The notes beneath the pieces were generated by a model that did not search any database, was not told where the DNA came from, and saw only the letters and a program-made list of their open reading frames with translations. Shown in pieces: positions 8,868 to 18,293 of a stretch of DNA of 64,000 nucleotides. The first letter of the stretch is position 1, and the number at the start of each line of letters is the position of its first letter. Made by a program: the position numbers and the translations under genes. The DNA lies in contig JAJPHT010000014.1 of assembly GCA_021325135.1 (NCBI GenBank), positions 42,111 to 106,110 on the forward strand. Direction: 5' to 3'. The DNA comes from Pseudomonadota bacterium (GTDB lineage: Archaea; Thermoplasmatota; SW-10-69-26; JACQPN01; JAJPHT01).

Positions 8868-9725
8868 GTGGAGCCCGCCCACCCCCTCGTGAAGGCCCCC
8901 GGGCGAAGCCCGGCGGTCGCGCGCCGGGTGGCGGGCGCCTTCGTCCTCCTGGGCGTCCTTCTTCTCTACCGCGCTCCCGCGCGCTTCGTCTGGAACGCGT
9001 GGCTCAGCGACCCCTACTACGCCCACGGCCTCCCCGTCTTCGCGGCGGCGGTGGCGCTGGCGGCGTGGCGCCTCTGGAAGGCCCCGCGCGCCGAAGCGTC
9101 CGTCCCCGCGTGGGCGCTCCTGGGCCTCCCCCTTGCGGGCGCGCTCTACCTCGCGGGCCTCCTGCGCGCGGACGCGTACCTGCTATCATGGAGCGCGCTC
9201 GCGCTCGCGGCCTCCGTCGCGCTGGCCTCGGGCGGCTGGCCCCGCCTGCGCCTCGTGGGCGCGCCGCTCCTCCTCGCCGCGCTGGCGCTGCCCACCCCCT
9301 GGACGATCCAGGTCTGCGTGGCGCTCCAGGACGGCGCCACCGCCGCGACGGGCTTCCTGCTCTCCCTGGCGGGCATCGCGCTGGAGCGCGGCCTCACGAC
9401 GCTCACCGCCGGGGGCCTCTCCTTCGAGGTGACGCCCGCGTGCAGCGGCTTCCAGTCCGCCGTGAGCCTCCTCGCCGTGGGCGCGGGCATCGCGACAATC
9501 TTCCCGCGCCGCGCGGGCCTCGTCCTCGCCCTGGCGGTCCCCGTGGCGCTGGCGCTCAACGTCCTCCGCCTCGTCCTCGTCGTCCTCATCAGCCTCGCGT
9601 GGGGCCCCGGCGCCGCGGAGGGCTTCTTCCACGGCCTCTCCGACGCGCTGATCTTCGTCGCCGAGACGCTTCTTCTCCTCGCCGTCGCGGGCGCGCTCTC
9701 GCGCCCCCGGGGGCGGGCCGCATGA
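8868..9725 (+). CDS. exosortase/archaeosortase family protein (EpsH-like)
   Basis: W.SDPYYAHG N-terminus; catalytic-type motifs EVTPACSG, NVLR and FFH; about 8 TM. Confidence 0.9.
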   Translation: MEPAHPLVKAPGRSPAVARRVAGAFVLLGVLLLYRAPARFVWNAWLSDPYYAHGLPVFAAAVALAAWRLWKAPRAEASVPAWALLGLPLAGALYLAGLLRADAYLLSWSALALAASVALASGGWPRLRLVGAPLLLAALALPTPWTIQVCVALQDGATAATGFLLSLAGIALERGLTTLTAGGLSFEVTPACSGFQSAVSLLAVGAGIATIFPRRAGLVLALAVPVALALNVLRLVLVVLISLAWGPGAAEGFFHGLSDALIFVAETLLLLAVAGALSRPRGRAA

Positions 9726-10588
9726 GGAGCGAGGACACCTGGCGCGTCGTGGGCGGCGCCGTCGCGCTCCTCATCGTCGCGGGCCTCCTCCTCTCCACGC
9801 CCAGCATGATCTTCGTGCGCAAGGTGGACATCGTCGACGCCGAGCTTCGCGACTCGGGCCACTCCCACGCCGTCCTCGCGCGCATGGACCTGGGGGACCC
9901 CAAGGCCCTCAAGGCCATCCCCAGGACGCTGGGCGCGTGGAACGAGTCGCGCGAGTATGACTACGACAACGTGGCCGCGATCCTCAACACCAACGTGCTC
10001 CTCAGCCGTGACTACCAGCGCGACGACGTGTTCCAGCCGGTGAACCTCCTCGTCATCGAGAGCGAGAACGTCAGCTCGTTCCACCCCGCGCCCGTCTGCT
10101 ATCGCGCGCAGGGCTACGACGTGCCCGCCGACGAGGGGGCCGTCGTCACGGTGCCCGTGCCCAACGAGACGTGGGCCCAGGAGCGGTGGCTCAGCGCGCA
10201 GGAGCAGAACGTCTTCGCGGGCAACCTCAGCGCGAAGCTCCTGGAGGTCACGAAGCCCGGCCCCAACGGCACGGTGGCCGAGAAGCGCGTCGCGCTCTAC
10301 GTCTACCTCAAGCGCGAGGACTGGCGCGTCACGGACCAGGTGACGTGGGTGCGCCTGGAGATGGTCGTGACGCCCGACACCCGGGGCGCGGACGTGCTCC
10401 CCATCCTCGGCGACATGATGAAGGAGGTCGTGCCCAACCTCTTCCTCTTCAAGGTCACCGAGGAGCGCACGCTGGGCGAGAGCCTCGTCGACAGGTTCGG
10501 CGTGGGCGGCGCGGGGCTCGTCGCCGCCGCGGTCGCCATCCCCTGCTGGCCCATCGCGATGGCGTTCTGGCGCAGCCGCCGAGGTTGA
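9722..10588 (+). CDS. exosortase-associated EpsI family protein
   Basis: ATGA overlap with the exosortase; IP.TLGAW, LLSRDY and FHPAPVCYRAQGY motifs; TM at both ends. Confidence 0.82.
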   Translation: MRSEDTWRVVGGAVALLIVAGLLLSTPSMIFVRKVDIVDAELRDSGHSHAVLARMDLGDPKALKAIPRTLGAWNESREYDYDNVAAILNTNVLLSRDYQRDDVFQPVNLLVIESENVSSFHPAPVCYRAQGYDVPADEGAVVTVPVPNETWAQERWLSAQEQNVFAGNLSAKLLEVTKPGPNGTVAEKRVALYVYLKREDWRVTDQVTWVRLEMVVTPDTRGADVLPILGDMMKEVVPNLFLFKVTEERTLGESLVDRFGVGGAGLVAAAVAIPCWPIAMAFWRSRRG

Positions 10589-10675
10589 TTCGTCTTCGGC
10601 GCCAAGCCCAACGTTCATCACCCTCGTGGTCATGGCAGCCGCGGGCGGACCCCGCCCTGCGAAGGAGGCATTCCC

Positions 10676-11332
10676 ATGCAACTCTACGTCAGACTAGCCC
10701 TTGCCATTGCCCTTGTGACCGTCGCCATCCCCGCCGTGCCCACCGCGTCCGCGACGTGCGTCGATTCGATCTGCTTCTGCACCACGCCCGTGGGGCCGTG
10801 CGTCCTCTGTCTCGTCGAAGGCGAGGGGACCTGCTGCACGAACCTCACCACGTGCTACCTCCAGCCCATCGAGCAGCTCGTGCCCCAGGTGAAGAACGTC
10901 CAGACGACGACCAACCCCGACGGCACCGAGACCGTGAGCTTCGACGTCTGCTTCGGGAGCGGCAGCTGCACGCACGTGGCCGAGACCATCCCCACCGCGT
11001 GCCTGGCCTACAACCCCGACGCGCTCACGAACCTCTGCGTCACGACGGGCTCCCAGCCCGAGGGCGTCTCCGTCCCCGAGCCCACCGTCGGCTCGCGCAC
11101 CATCACGGTGCCCGTCCCCACCGTGGGCACCACGCCCGACCACGTCTGCATCGTGGGCCCCGAGTGCGTGGACGTCCCCGTGCCCGGCGTGGGCACCAAC
11201 CCCACGCCCGAGACGGTCCCCGACGTCGGCGTCTCCTGGCAGACCGTCGTCGTCAACGTCCCCACCGTGGGCGGCTACGTCGAGGCCACCGCGCTCTGCG
11301 GCCTCAACGTCCCCTGCAGCGTGACGCTGTAG
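10676..11332 (+). CDS. secreted Cys-rich, Val/Pro/Thr-rich protein
   Basis: GGAGG SD, signal peptide, many paired Cys, repeated VPTVG/VPVP. Confidence 0.75.
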   Translation: MQLYVRLALAIALVTVAIPAVPTASATCVDSICFCTTPVGPCVLCLVEGEGTCCTNLTTCYLQPIEQLVPQVKNVQTTTNPDGTETVSFDVCFGSGSCTHVAETIPTACLAYNPDALTNLCVTTGSQPEGVSVPEPTVGSRTITVPVPTVGTTPDHVCIVGPECVDVPVPGVGTNPTPETVPDVGVSWQTVVVNVPTVGGYVEATALCGLNVPCSVTL

Positions 11333-11338
11333 GCTCCC

Positions 11339-13456
11339 TCAGAACTCCCAGCTTTTTTTCCTGTTCAGGTGCCGCGTCAGCAGCCGCGCCGTGTCCTCGT
11401 CCACGACGTCGAGGCCCGCCTCCACGGCGAAGCCTTCGCGCATCACCTCGTTGAGGTGCTTGCCCAGGTCGTACTCCAGGAGCTTGGCCCGCAGCAGGTC
11501 GTCCGCGCGGCGGAACTCGCGCAGGCGCTCCACCTTGAGGCGCCCCTCCTCCTCGTACACCGGGCTGCGCGCGTCGCGGTGGCCGCTCCACGCCTTGCGG
11601 AACCTCTCGGCGTGCTCCTTGCTGCGCACGGGAGGACCCGTGTGGGTCACGGTGTCGGGCAGGCGGATGCGCGGAAGCTCCAGGAGGATGAGAAGCTCGC
11701 GGCCGCCCACCTCGTAGCTCGCGCGCTTGAGGTCGAACTCGTGGCGCTCCAGCAGCCGCTTGACGGCGTCCACCGCCTTGCGCATCTGGTCGTGCAGGTG
11801 GTCCTCCAGCACGTCGGGCGCGCGCGTGCGCACGAGGATGAACTCGCTGCGCCGCCGCCGCACGGCCAGTTCCAGCTCGTCGGGCGGGCGCGGCACCAGC
11901 TGGCGCGGGAAGAAGAACTGGAGCCCCTCGCGGCGCAGGTACGCGCGGCACGACTCCGCGAAGTGCGCGAGCGTCTCGCTGGAGACGGCGCTGGCCGCGT
12001 TGCGCCGCGTGTCCACGGGGTCGAGGAACACCAGGGGGTCGTTGAAGCGCGGGGTCCCCTCCAGCATGTCGAGGACGAGGAAGGTGCCCGGCTTCCACCC
12101 CTGCCCGGCTTCCAGGACGCGGCGGAAGCTGCCGTACTTGAGCACGAGAAGCTCGCAGAGGTAGCCCGAGAAGCCGTGGGTCTTGGCCTCCGCGCCGTAG
12201 ACGCCCACGCCCTTCATGAACGCCTTGAGGAGGCGCACCTGGTCGCGCTGCTCGCGGGACATCCTCCGCAGCACGAAGCGCGTGTGGAACGGCGTGCGGT
12301 CCACGGCGGTCATGCGCTGGCTCACGTCCGCGATCTCGTAGGCGGGCACGACGTCGGCCTTCACGCCCTCGAAGAGGCCGTGCGTGTACGGGTGCTCCGC
12401 GTACTTCTCCTCGGGGTCGTCCAGCGTGGCGCGGCCCAGGTCGAGGCCCCACGTCTCCAGGCTCTCGCGGGGCACGTCCATGGGGAAGAGGACGAACGCG
12501 TCGAGGTCCACGTTGCTGCGCAGGTAGGTGTCCTTGGCGACGCTGCCCACGAGCATCGGCTTCCCCCGGAGCTTCCGCTCCGCGAGCGCGTCGCGCAGCC
12601 TCCCCAGCAGGCGCTCGGCGCGCTCCACGGTGTGCTGCGCCTCCTCGGGCGTCGGCTTCACGCGCTGGAGGGCGAGGCGCTCGGTGCTGATGAAGCGGCT
12701 CGTGAAGACGGCCACGACGCCCGCGACGAGGAGGCCGCCCAGCACGTCCACGATCCAGTGGATGTTGAGATAGAGCGTCGCGAGGACCAGCGCGACCGCG
12801 TAGGCGTAGGCGAAGATGCGGAAGTTGCGGTTGCGCGAGTAGCGCGCCGCGTTGGCCGTGAGCACCGCGAAGGCGACCTGGAGGGAGGGGAACGTGTTGT
12901 TGACGGTGGTGAAGCTGTAGTAGATGTCCGCCAGCTGCGGGAAGAGGTCGAACACCGGGCTCTGCACGTGGTGGTACACGTACACGTTGTTGATGGGCAT
13001 CAGCAGGTAGAAGGGCAGCGCGATGACGTAAGCCAGGGGGAACATCAGCAGGTTCGCCTTGGCGGGGCGCTCCTCGTCGCTGAGCACGTAGAGGAGGATG
13101 GGGAAGTAGAGCATCCACGGGTGGATGGCGACGTAGACGATGCTGAAGAAGTAGTCCAGCGGCGGGTTCCAGAGGTGCTGGAGGCTGGGGACGGCGCCGC
13201 GCTCCAGCGCGTCCACCTGCGGCGTGAGGTCGTGGTAGGGCAGGCGCGACGTGATGGCCGCGTCCGCCTGCACGAGGAGCAGGTGCACCAGCAGCACGGC
13301 GCCCGCGGCGAGGAGGAACTTGCCGTACTTGTCCACGAGGCGCGGCCCCTCCTTGCGGCCCACGGGCACGGGCGTCTCGGGGAGGAAGAGGATAAGCCCC
13401 GCGCCCAGGAGCAGGAGGTTCACCAGCACGACGACGACCCAGACGGGGAGGTCCAT
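11339..13456 (-). CDS. cca: PAP2-superfamily membrane domain fused to class I CCA-adding enzyme
   Basis: N-terminal TM region with FPSLQV and IHWIVDV. C-terminal LVGSVAKDTYL..VDLD, YAEHPY, AVDRTPFH, GFSGYLCEL and DPVD.RRN. Confidence 0.9.
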   Translation of the reverse strand: MDLPVWVVVVLVNLLLLGAGLILFLPETPVPVGRKEGPRLVDKYGKFLLAAGAVLLVHLLLVQADAAITSRLPYHDLTPQVDALERGAVPSLQHLWNPPLDYFFSIVYVAIHPWMLYFPILLYVLSDEERPAKANLLMFPLAYVIALPFYLLMPINNVYVYHHVQSPVFDLFPQLADIYYSFTTVNNTFPSLQVAFAVLTANAARYSRNRNFRIFAYAYAVALVLATLYLNIHWIVDVLGGLLVAGVVAVFTSRFISTERLALQRVKPTPEEAQHTVERAERLLGRLRDALAERKLRGKPMLVGSVAKDTYLRSNVDLDAFVLFPMDVPRESLETWGLDLGRATLDDPEEKYAEHPYTHGLFEGVKADVVPAYEIADVSQRMTAVDRTPFHTRFVLRRMSREQRDQVRLLKAFMKGVGVYGAEAKTHGFSGYLCELLVLKYGSFRRVLEAGQGWKPGTFLVLDMLEGTPRFNDPLVFLDPVDTRRNAASAVSSETLAHFAESCRAYLRREGLQFFFPRQLVPRPPDELELAVRRRRSEFILVRTRAPDVLEDHLHDQMRKAVDAVKRLLERHEFDLKRASYEVGGRELLILLELPRIRLPDTVTHTGPPVRSKEHAERFRKAWSGHRDARSPVYEEEGRLKVERLREFRRADDLLRAKLLEYDLGKHLNEVMREGFAVEAGLDVVDEDTARLLTRHLNRKKSWEF

Positions 13457-14005
13457 CTACACGCCCTCCAGCCGCGCGCCGTGCAGCGTCTCGTGCCTCG
13501 CGCCGCCCGGGCCCAGCACGCTGCGGTAGAGGTTCACGACCTCGACGCGCACGGCGGGGAGGGGCTCGTCGCGGCGCGACGCGAGCAGCGCAGGAAGCCC
13601 CGCGAGGCGGCCCCCTTCGCGCACGCGCGCCAGCGTGACGTGCGCGCGGAAGGGCTTCGCGTCGTCGGGCGGCAGCGCCTTGCGCACGCGCTCCGCCAGG
13701 GCGTCCAGCGGGGGGCAGGGGCGCGCTCCGGCCCACACGACGCGGGGCTGCCGCGGGTTGGGGAAGGCCCCGATCCCGTGAAGCTCCAGCGTGAACGCGG
13801 AGACGCCCCGCGCGGTCTCGTCCAGCGCGGCGGCCATGCGGGGCGCGGCGTCGTCGGGCGCGTCGCCCAGGAACGAGAGCGTGAGGTGGAGGTGGGCCGG
13901 GTCCGAGGGCTTCAGGTCCGCCCCGGTCGCCCGCAGGGCGTCCAGCGCGCCGGAGAGCGCGGGGTCGGGCGGGAGCGGGATCCCCACGAACGCCCGGAAC
14001 GCCAT
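13457..14005 (-). CDS. thpR: RNA 2',3'-cyclic phosphodiesterase (2H)
   Basis: RAFVGI start and two HxT motifs (HLTL, HVTL); directly upstream of cca. Confidence 0.9.
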   Translation of the reverse strand: MAFRAFVGIPLPPDPALSGALDALRATGADLKPSDPAHLHLTLSFLGDAPDDAAPRMAAALDETARGVSAFTLELHGIGAFPNPRQPRVVWAGARPCPPLDALAERVRKALPPDDAKPFRAHVTLARVREGGRLAGLPALLASRRDEPLPAVRVEVVNLYRSVLGPGGARHETLHGARLEGV

Positions 14006-14134
14006 CGGGGCGGGACCGGCCCCTCGCCGACATAAGGGTTCGGGCCCGCGCCGGCCGCGCTCCGGGGCCGCCCGGTTTGGGCGCAGGCCGGGGCCGAAGG
14101 TAACACCTCCGCGCGGAAAGGGGTGGGGTTTGAA

Positions 14135-14926
14135 ATGGACGGAGCGAGGAAGCCGGCTCTCGGTCCCTTGATCGCCTCCCTCCTCGTCGCGGCGTTGGGC
14201 ACCGGGGTGGTGGGGGTGACCTACGCCTGGGTCGGGGCCCGGCTCGCGCGCCGCCAGGTCCGCGACGCCGCGGACCGCGCCGCCCTGCGCGGCTTCGCCC
14301 TCTGGTGGCTCGCCATGGCGGCCACCCAGGCGCTGGATGCTGCGCTGGACTCCGCGGCGGCCCTCGGGAGCGCGGGCCCCGGGGCCGTGACCATCGAAGG
14401 CATCCTGGAGCGCCTTCTCGTGGCCTCCGCGCTGGCGGGGCTCATGGTCTACCTGCTCTACATCGTCCAGGGGCGCCTGCGCCTCGCGGCCGTGGGCGCG
14501 TTCTACCTCGCTTACTTCACGGCGTCGCTCTACGCGTTCCACTGGCGCGGACCGCAGGGCGTCCACGCGGGGGCGTGGCGCGTCGAGGCGGCGTTCGCGC
14601 GCCCCGCGCCGCTGCCCGCCGAGGCCCTGCTGGACCTCGCGCTCCTGGCGCCGCCGGTGGCCGGCGCGCTGGCGTTCGGCCTCGCGGGGCGCCACGCGGC
14701 GAGCCTCGCCCAGCGCGCCCGCGTCGCGGCCACCTCGTGGGGGCTCCTCCTCTGGTGGGTCCTCACCGTGGCCTCCTCCTCACCGCAGCTCCTGGACGCC
14801 TCGTGGCTCCAGGCGGGCGCCCTCGTGGTGGGCCTCGGCACCTCGCTGGCCATCCTCCTCTCCCACGCGCCGCCCACGTGGGTCCTGCGCCGCTGGGCGG
14901 GCCGCGCGGAGCCCGTCGCAAGGTGA
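14135..14926 (+). CDS. polytopic (about 7 TM) hypothetical membrane protein
   Basis: About seven hydrophobic segments and no recognised motif. Confidence 0.7.
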   Translation: MDGARKPALGPLIASLLVAALGTGVVGVTYAWVGARLARRQVRDAADRAALRGFALWWLAMAATQALDAALDSAAALGSAGPGAVTIEGILERLLVASALAGLMVYLLYIVQGRLRLAAVGAFYLAYFTASLYAFHWRGPQGVHAGAWRVEAAFARPAPLPAEALLDLALLAPPVAGALAFGLAGRHAASLAQRARVAATSWGLLLWWVLTVASSSPQLLDASWLQAGALVVGLGTSLAILLSHAPPTWVLRRWAGRAEPVAR

Positions 14927-14959
14927 AGGTATTTCTCGCGCGCCGCGGCTGGCGCCACG

Positions 14960-16354
14960 ATGCGTTGGGCGGCCCTCGTCCTCGCCCTGCTCTCCGCGGG
15001 GTGCGCGGCCTCCACGGTGCAGCCCGCCCTGCCCGCGGGCGAGCCCCAGGCGGCGGTCCCCTTCGCGGGCGAGCCCCTGGTGCAGGACCACGACCACAAC
15101 GACCCCTCGCTGCACAACGCGTCGCTGAACCTGCGGCTCCTCTCCCGCGTCATCCCCTACGGCAACGGCACCGCGTGGGGGCAGGGCTCCATCAACGAGA
15201 TCGCGTTCAGCGGCAACCTCATCTTCGTCTCGCGCAGCAACCCCGAGGGGGGCTTCGCCGTCGTGGACGCCACCGACCTGCGCCACCCGCAGGTGATCGG
15301 CGACTTCCACGCCGAGGGCGGGGCGGACATCGAGGTCACCAGCGACGGCGCCTACGCGCTCCTCATGACGCAGCGCACGACGCCCGGGGCGCAGACGCTG
15401 GACAGCCCCGCCACGCGCGAGGTGCGCGGCATCGACGTGGTGGACGTGCGCGACCCGGCGCACCCCTCGCTATCCAGCTTCCTGCCGCTCCCCACCAACG
15501 GCCCGCACACCGCGAGCTACCGCCTGCTCCCCGACGGGCGCGAGGTCGTCGCCATCGAGACCTACGACCTCGTGACCGACCCCACCACGGGCGCCATCGC
15601 GGGCGCGAGCCCCGCCACGCAGCGCGTCTACCTCGCGCTCCTCGCGCGCGACTCCCTGGGCGCGCACCTGCAAATCCAGGGCGTCTACCAGGTGACGGAC
15701 CCCGCGCCGCCGGGGAAGCTCTACTTCCCGCACGACTCCTTCATCGAGCCCCAGAAGGACGGCCGCGTGCTGATGTACGTCGCCTACTGGGACGCGGGCG
15801 TGCGCATCGTTGATATCACCGACCTCTCGCAGCCCAAGGAGATCGCGAGCTATCGCGACTTCGCGCCCAGCGCGCTGGCCCAGATGCACGACGTGAGGAC
15901 GTTCCCCGCGCCCGTCGCCGGCAAGCACGTCCTGGCCGCGGCGCCCGAGATCATCACCGCCCCCGAGACGGGGCAGGTCACCTTCGTCGACGTCACCGAC
16001 CCCGCGAAGCCGACGAAGCTGGGCCGCTGGGGCATCCCCGGCAACCTCACCGTGGACAAACCCTACGACTTCAGCCCCCACGTGTTCGACACCGACGCGC
16101 GGGGCCGCCTCGTCATCGGCCACTACCACGCGGGCGTCTGGCTCGTGGACGCCAGCGATCCCACGGACCCCGTCACGCTGGGCTTCTACCTGCCCCACGA
16201 GACGCGCCCCGGCTTCACCGGCATGGTGCCCGACGTGTGGGCGGCCAAGTTCTTCCACGGCCACGTCGTCGCCAGCGACCAGGGCACGGGCCTCTACATC
16301 CTCGAAGCGGCGCCGGGCCTCCTCGACCCGCTGCCGCCGGGCGTGATCCCCTGA
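14960..16354 (+). CDS. LVIVD-repeat beta-propeller lipoprotein
   Basis: Lipobox LSAGC; repeats GIDVVDV.DP, GVRIVDI, FVDVTDP and HYHAGVWLVD. Confidence 0.85.
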   Translation: MRWAALVLALLSAGCAASTVQPALPAGEPQAAVPFAGEPLVQDHDHNDPSLHNASLNLRLLSRVIPYGNGTAWGQGSINEIAFSGNLIFVSRSNPEGGFAVVDATDLRHPQVIGDFHAEGGADIEVTSDGAYALLMTQRTTPGAQTLDSPATREVRGIDVVDVRDPAHPSLSSFLPLPTNGPHTASYRLLPDGREVVAIETYDLVTDPTTGAIAGASPATQRVYLALLARDSLGAHLQIQGVYQVTDPAPPGKLYFPHDSFIEPQKDGRVLMYVAYWDAGVRIVDITDLSQPKEIASYRDFAPSALAQMHDVRTFPAPVAGKHVLAAAPEIITAPETGQVTFVDVTDPAKPTKLGRWGIPGNLTVDKPYDFSPHVFDTDARGRLVIGHYHAGVWLVDASDPTDPVTLGFYLPHETRPGFTGMVPDVWAAKFFHGHVVASDQGTGLYILEAAPGLLDPLPPGVIP

Positions 16355-17277
16355 CGCGCCTCCAGGGCCCCGTCGACCTCGCCGCGACGCTCCAGGGCGG
16401 GCAGGCCTTCCGCTGGACGCGCGAGGAGGACGGCGCCTTCGTGGGCGTCGTGGGTCGGCGCGTCGTGCGCTATCAGTCCGCGGGCGCGGGCGTCGAGGCG
16501 GAGGCCTTCCCCCGCGCCACGCCGCGCTGGCACGCCCGCTACCTGGGCGCGACGCCCGAGGACGACGCCGCGCGCGGGCGGCTGCGCGCCGACCCCGTGC
16601 TGGCCCCCGCCCTCGCCGCGCACGAGGGGCTTCGCATCCTGCGCCAGGAGCCGTGGGAGACGACGGCCGCGTTCCTCGTGAGCGCCAACAACAACGTCCT
16701 GCGCATCGAGGGCATCCTCCGCGCCCTCGCGCGCCGCGGCGACGCGCTGGGCTCGCCGTGGGGCGAGCGCCACGCCTTCCCCGACGCCGCGACGGTCGCG
16801 CGCCTTCCGGAGTCCCGCCTGCGCGCGCTGGGGCTGGGCTACCGCGCGCCCTTCCTGCGCGCGACGGCGCGCCTCGTCGCGTCGGGCGACGTGGACCTCG
16901 ATTCCCTCGTGGGCGCGCCGCTGCCCGAGGTCCGCGAGGCGCTGCTCGCGCTGCCGGGCGTCGGGCCCAAGGTCGCGGACTGCATCGCCCTCTTCGCGCT
17001 GGAGGCCGGCGGCGCGTTCCCGGTGGACCGCTGGGTGCTGCGCGCCGTGTCCGAGGCGTTCTTCGCAGGCCGCGAGGTGAAGCCCCGCGAGGCGGAGGCG
17101 TTCGCCCGCGCGCGCTGGGGCGACGACGCGGGCCTCGCGCAGCAGTTCCTCTTCCACGCCGTGCGGACGAGGGCGAACGCGCCCGGCGCCCGGAGGCTTT
17201 CTGCGACGCAGAACGACCACCAAGGCCAAGAGCGGGTCGCGCGATCGGCCCCTTCGTGGACCCGTTCATCGCCGTGA
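16351..17277 (+). CDS. 8-oxoguanine DNA glycosylase (OGG1-type HhH-GPD)
   Basis: TLQGGQAFRW, GLRILRQEPWE, LGLGYRA, LPGVGPKVADC and FPVD. No canonical start near the domain start, so the start is approximate. Confidence 0.85.
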   Translation: MTRLQGPVDLAATLQGGQAFRWTREEDGAFVGVVGRRVVRYQSAGAGVEAEAFPRATPRWHARYLGATPEDDAARGRLRADPVLAPALAAHEGLRILRQEPWETTAAFLVSANNNVLRIEGILRALARRGDALGSPWGERHAFPDAATVARLPESRLRALGLGYRAPFLRATARLVASGDVDLDSLVGAPLPEVREALLALPGVGPKVADCIALFALEAGGAFPVDRWVLRAVSEAFFAGREVKPREAEAFARARWGDDAGLAQQFLFHAVRTRANAPGARRLSATQNDHQGQERVARSAPSWTRSSP

Positions 17278-17684
17278 GCGTCGGGCTCGTCCTCGCGGTG
17301 CTCGCGCTCGTCGTCACCGTGCGCATCTACAACGACCGTCTGGATCGTCTCCGCGAGGAGCTTCGCAGCGTCGCGTCCTCGCGCCAGTCCCTCGCCGCGT
17401 CCCACGACCGCCTCACGGCCCAGTGGGCGCCGCTCCTCTCGCGCTATCCCTACGACCCGCGCCGCTTCCGCTTCGTGGGCTCTCCCGTGGACGGCGTGCA
17501 GTTCGAGGAGGACCGCGTCGTCTTCGTGGAGTTCACGGAGGGCGTCGACCTCGGCCCCGAGCAGCAGCGCGTGCGCGACCTCGTGCGCGCGGGCCGCGTC
17601 GAGTGGCTGGAGGTCCCGCTGGAGGCGCCGCCGACCCCCGAGCCCGCGCCGCCCGCGACGGACCCGTGGTCGCACACGCCCTGA
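17256..17684 (+). CDS. membrane-anchored Holliday-junction-resolvase-related protein
   Basis: N-terminal TM; Q.AP....YPYDP...RF.GSPVDG..F...VFVEF...R.LV..GRVEW. Confidence 0.72.
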   Translation: MDPFIAVSVGLVLAVLALVVTVRIYNDRLDRLREELRSVASSRQSLAASHDRLTAQWAPLLSRYPYDPRRFRFVGSPVDGVQFEEDRVVFVEFTEGVDLGPEQQRVRDLVRAGRVEWLEVPLEAPPTPEPAPPATDPWSHTP

Positions 17685-18233
17685 TCAGGCGCCCTGCTGC
17701 GCGCGCCGCTTCGCCAGCTCGCTCGCGAGGGTCCTGCGCTCCGCGGGCGCGCCCTTGGGCTGCACCACCAGCGCGAGCACGTCCTCCGGCCCCTGCGCCC
17801 ACACGCGCAGCGGCTCGCCCGCGGGCGCGAACCCCCAGTGGCCAGGCTCGACGCGGAGCGCGTCCCCGTTCTGCGCGAAGAGGAGGCCGTGCCCGCGCAG
17901 CACGAGGATCACGCGCTCGCTCTCGGGGCCCGTGTCCAGCCTTCGTCCTCCTGCGATGGAGAGCGCCGCCGCCAGCGTCGTCGCGCTCTCGTGGAGCGGC
18001 CGGAACGCGTTCCCGCGCAGCAGCGGATCGACCACGACCTCGCGCCCATCGCCGGGCGCCGCGCGGCTCGCGTAGGCGAAGCGCGTCGCGTCGGGCAGCG
18101 GCATCACGATCTCGCACCCCTGCGGCGCGGCGCCGCCTGCGGGCAGGTGATAGCAAAGCGCGGCGGGCGTCCCGAAGGCGGGCGCCGTCGCGTCGGGCGG
18201 GGGCAGCGGGCGCGCGGCGGGGAGCGTCTCCAC
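17685..18233 (-). CDS. cupin-like protein
   Basis: SERVILVLRGHG...LRVEPG...PAG cupin pattern without the metal-binding His. Confidence 0.55.
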   Translation of the reverse strand: METLPAARPLPPPDATAPAFGTPAALCYHLPAGGAAPQGCEIVMPLPDATRFAYASRAAPGDGREVVVDPLLRGNAFRPLHESATTLAAALSIAGGRRLDTGPESERVILVLRGHGLLFAQNGDALRVEPGHWGFAPAGEPLRVWAQGPEDVLALVVQPKGAPAERRTLASELAKRRAQQGA

Positions 18234-18293
18234 GGCGGGGGCAGCCCCGGCGCGGGCCTAAGGGCTTTTCCCCTGGGCGCGGCTCCAGCCTCG

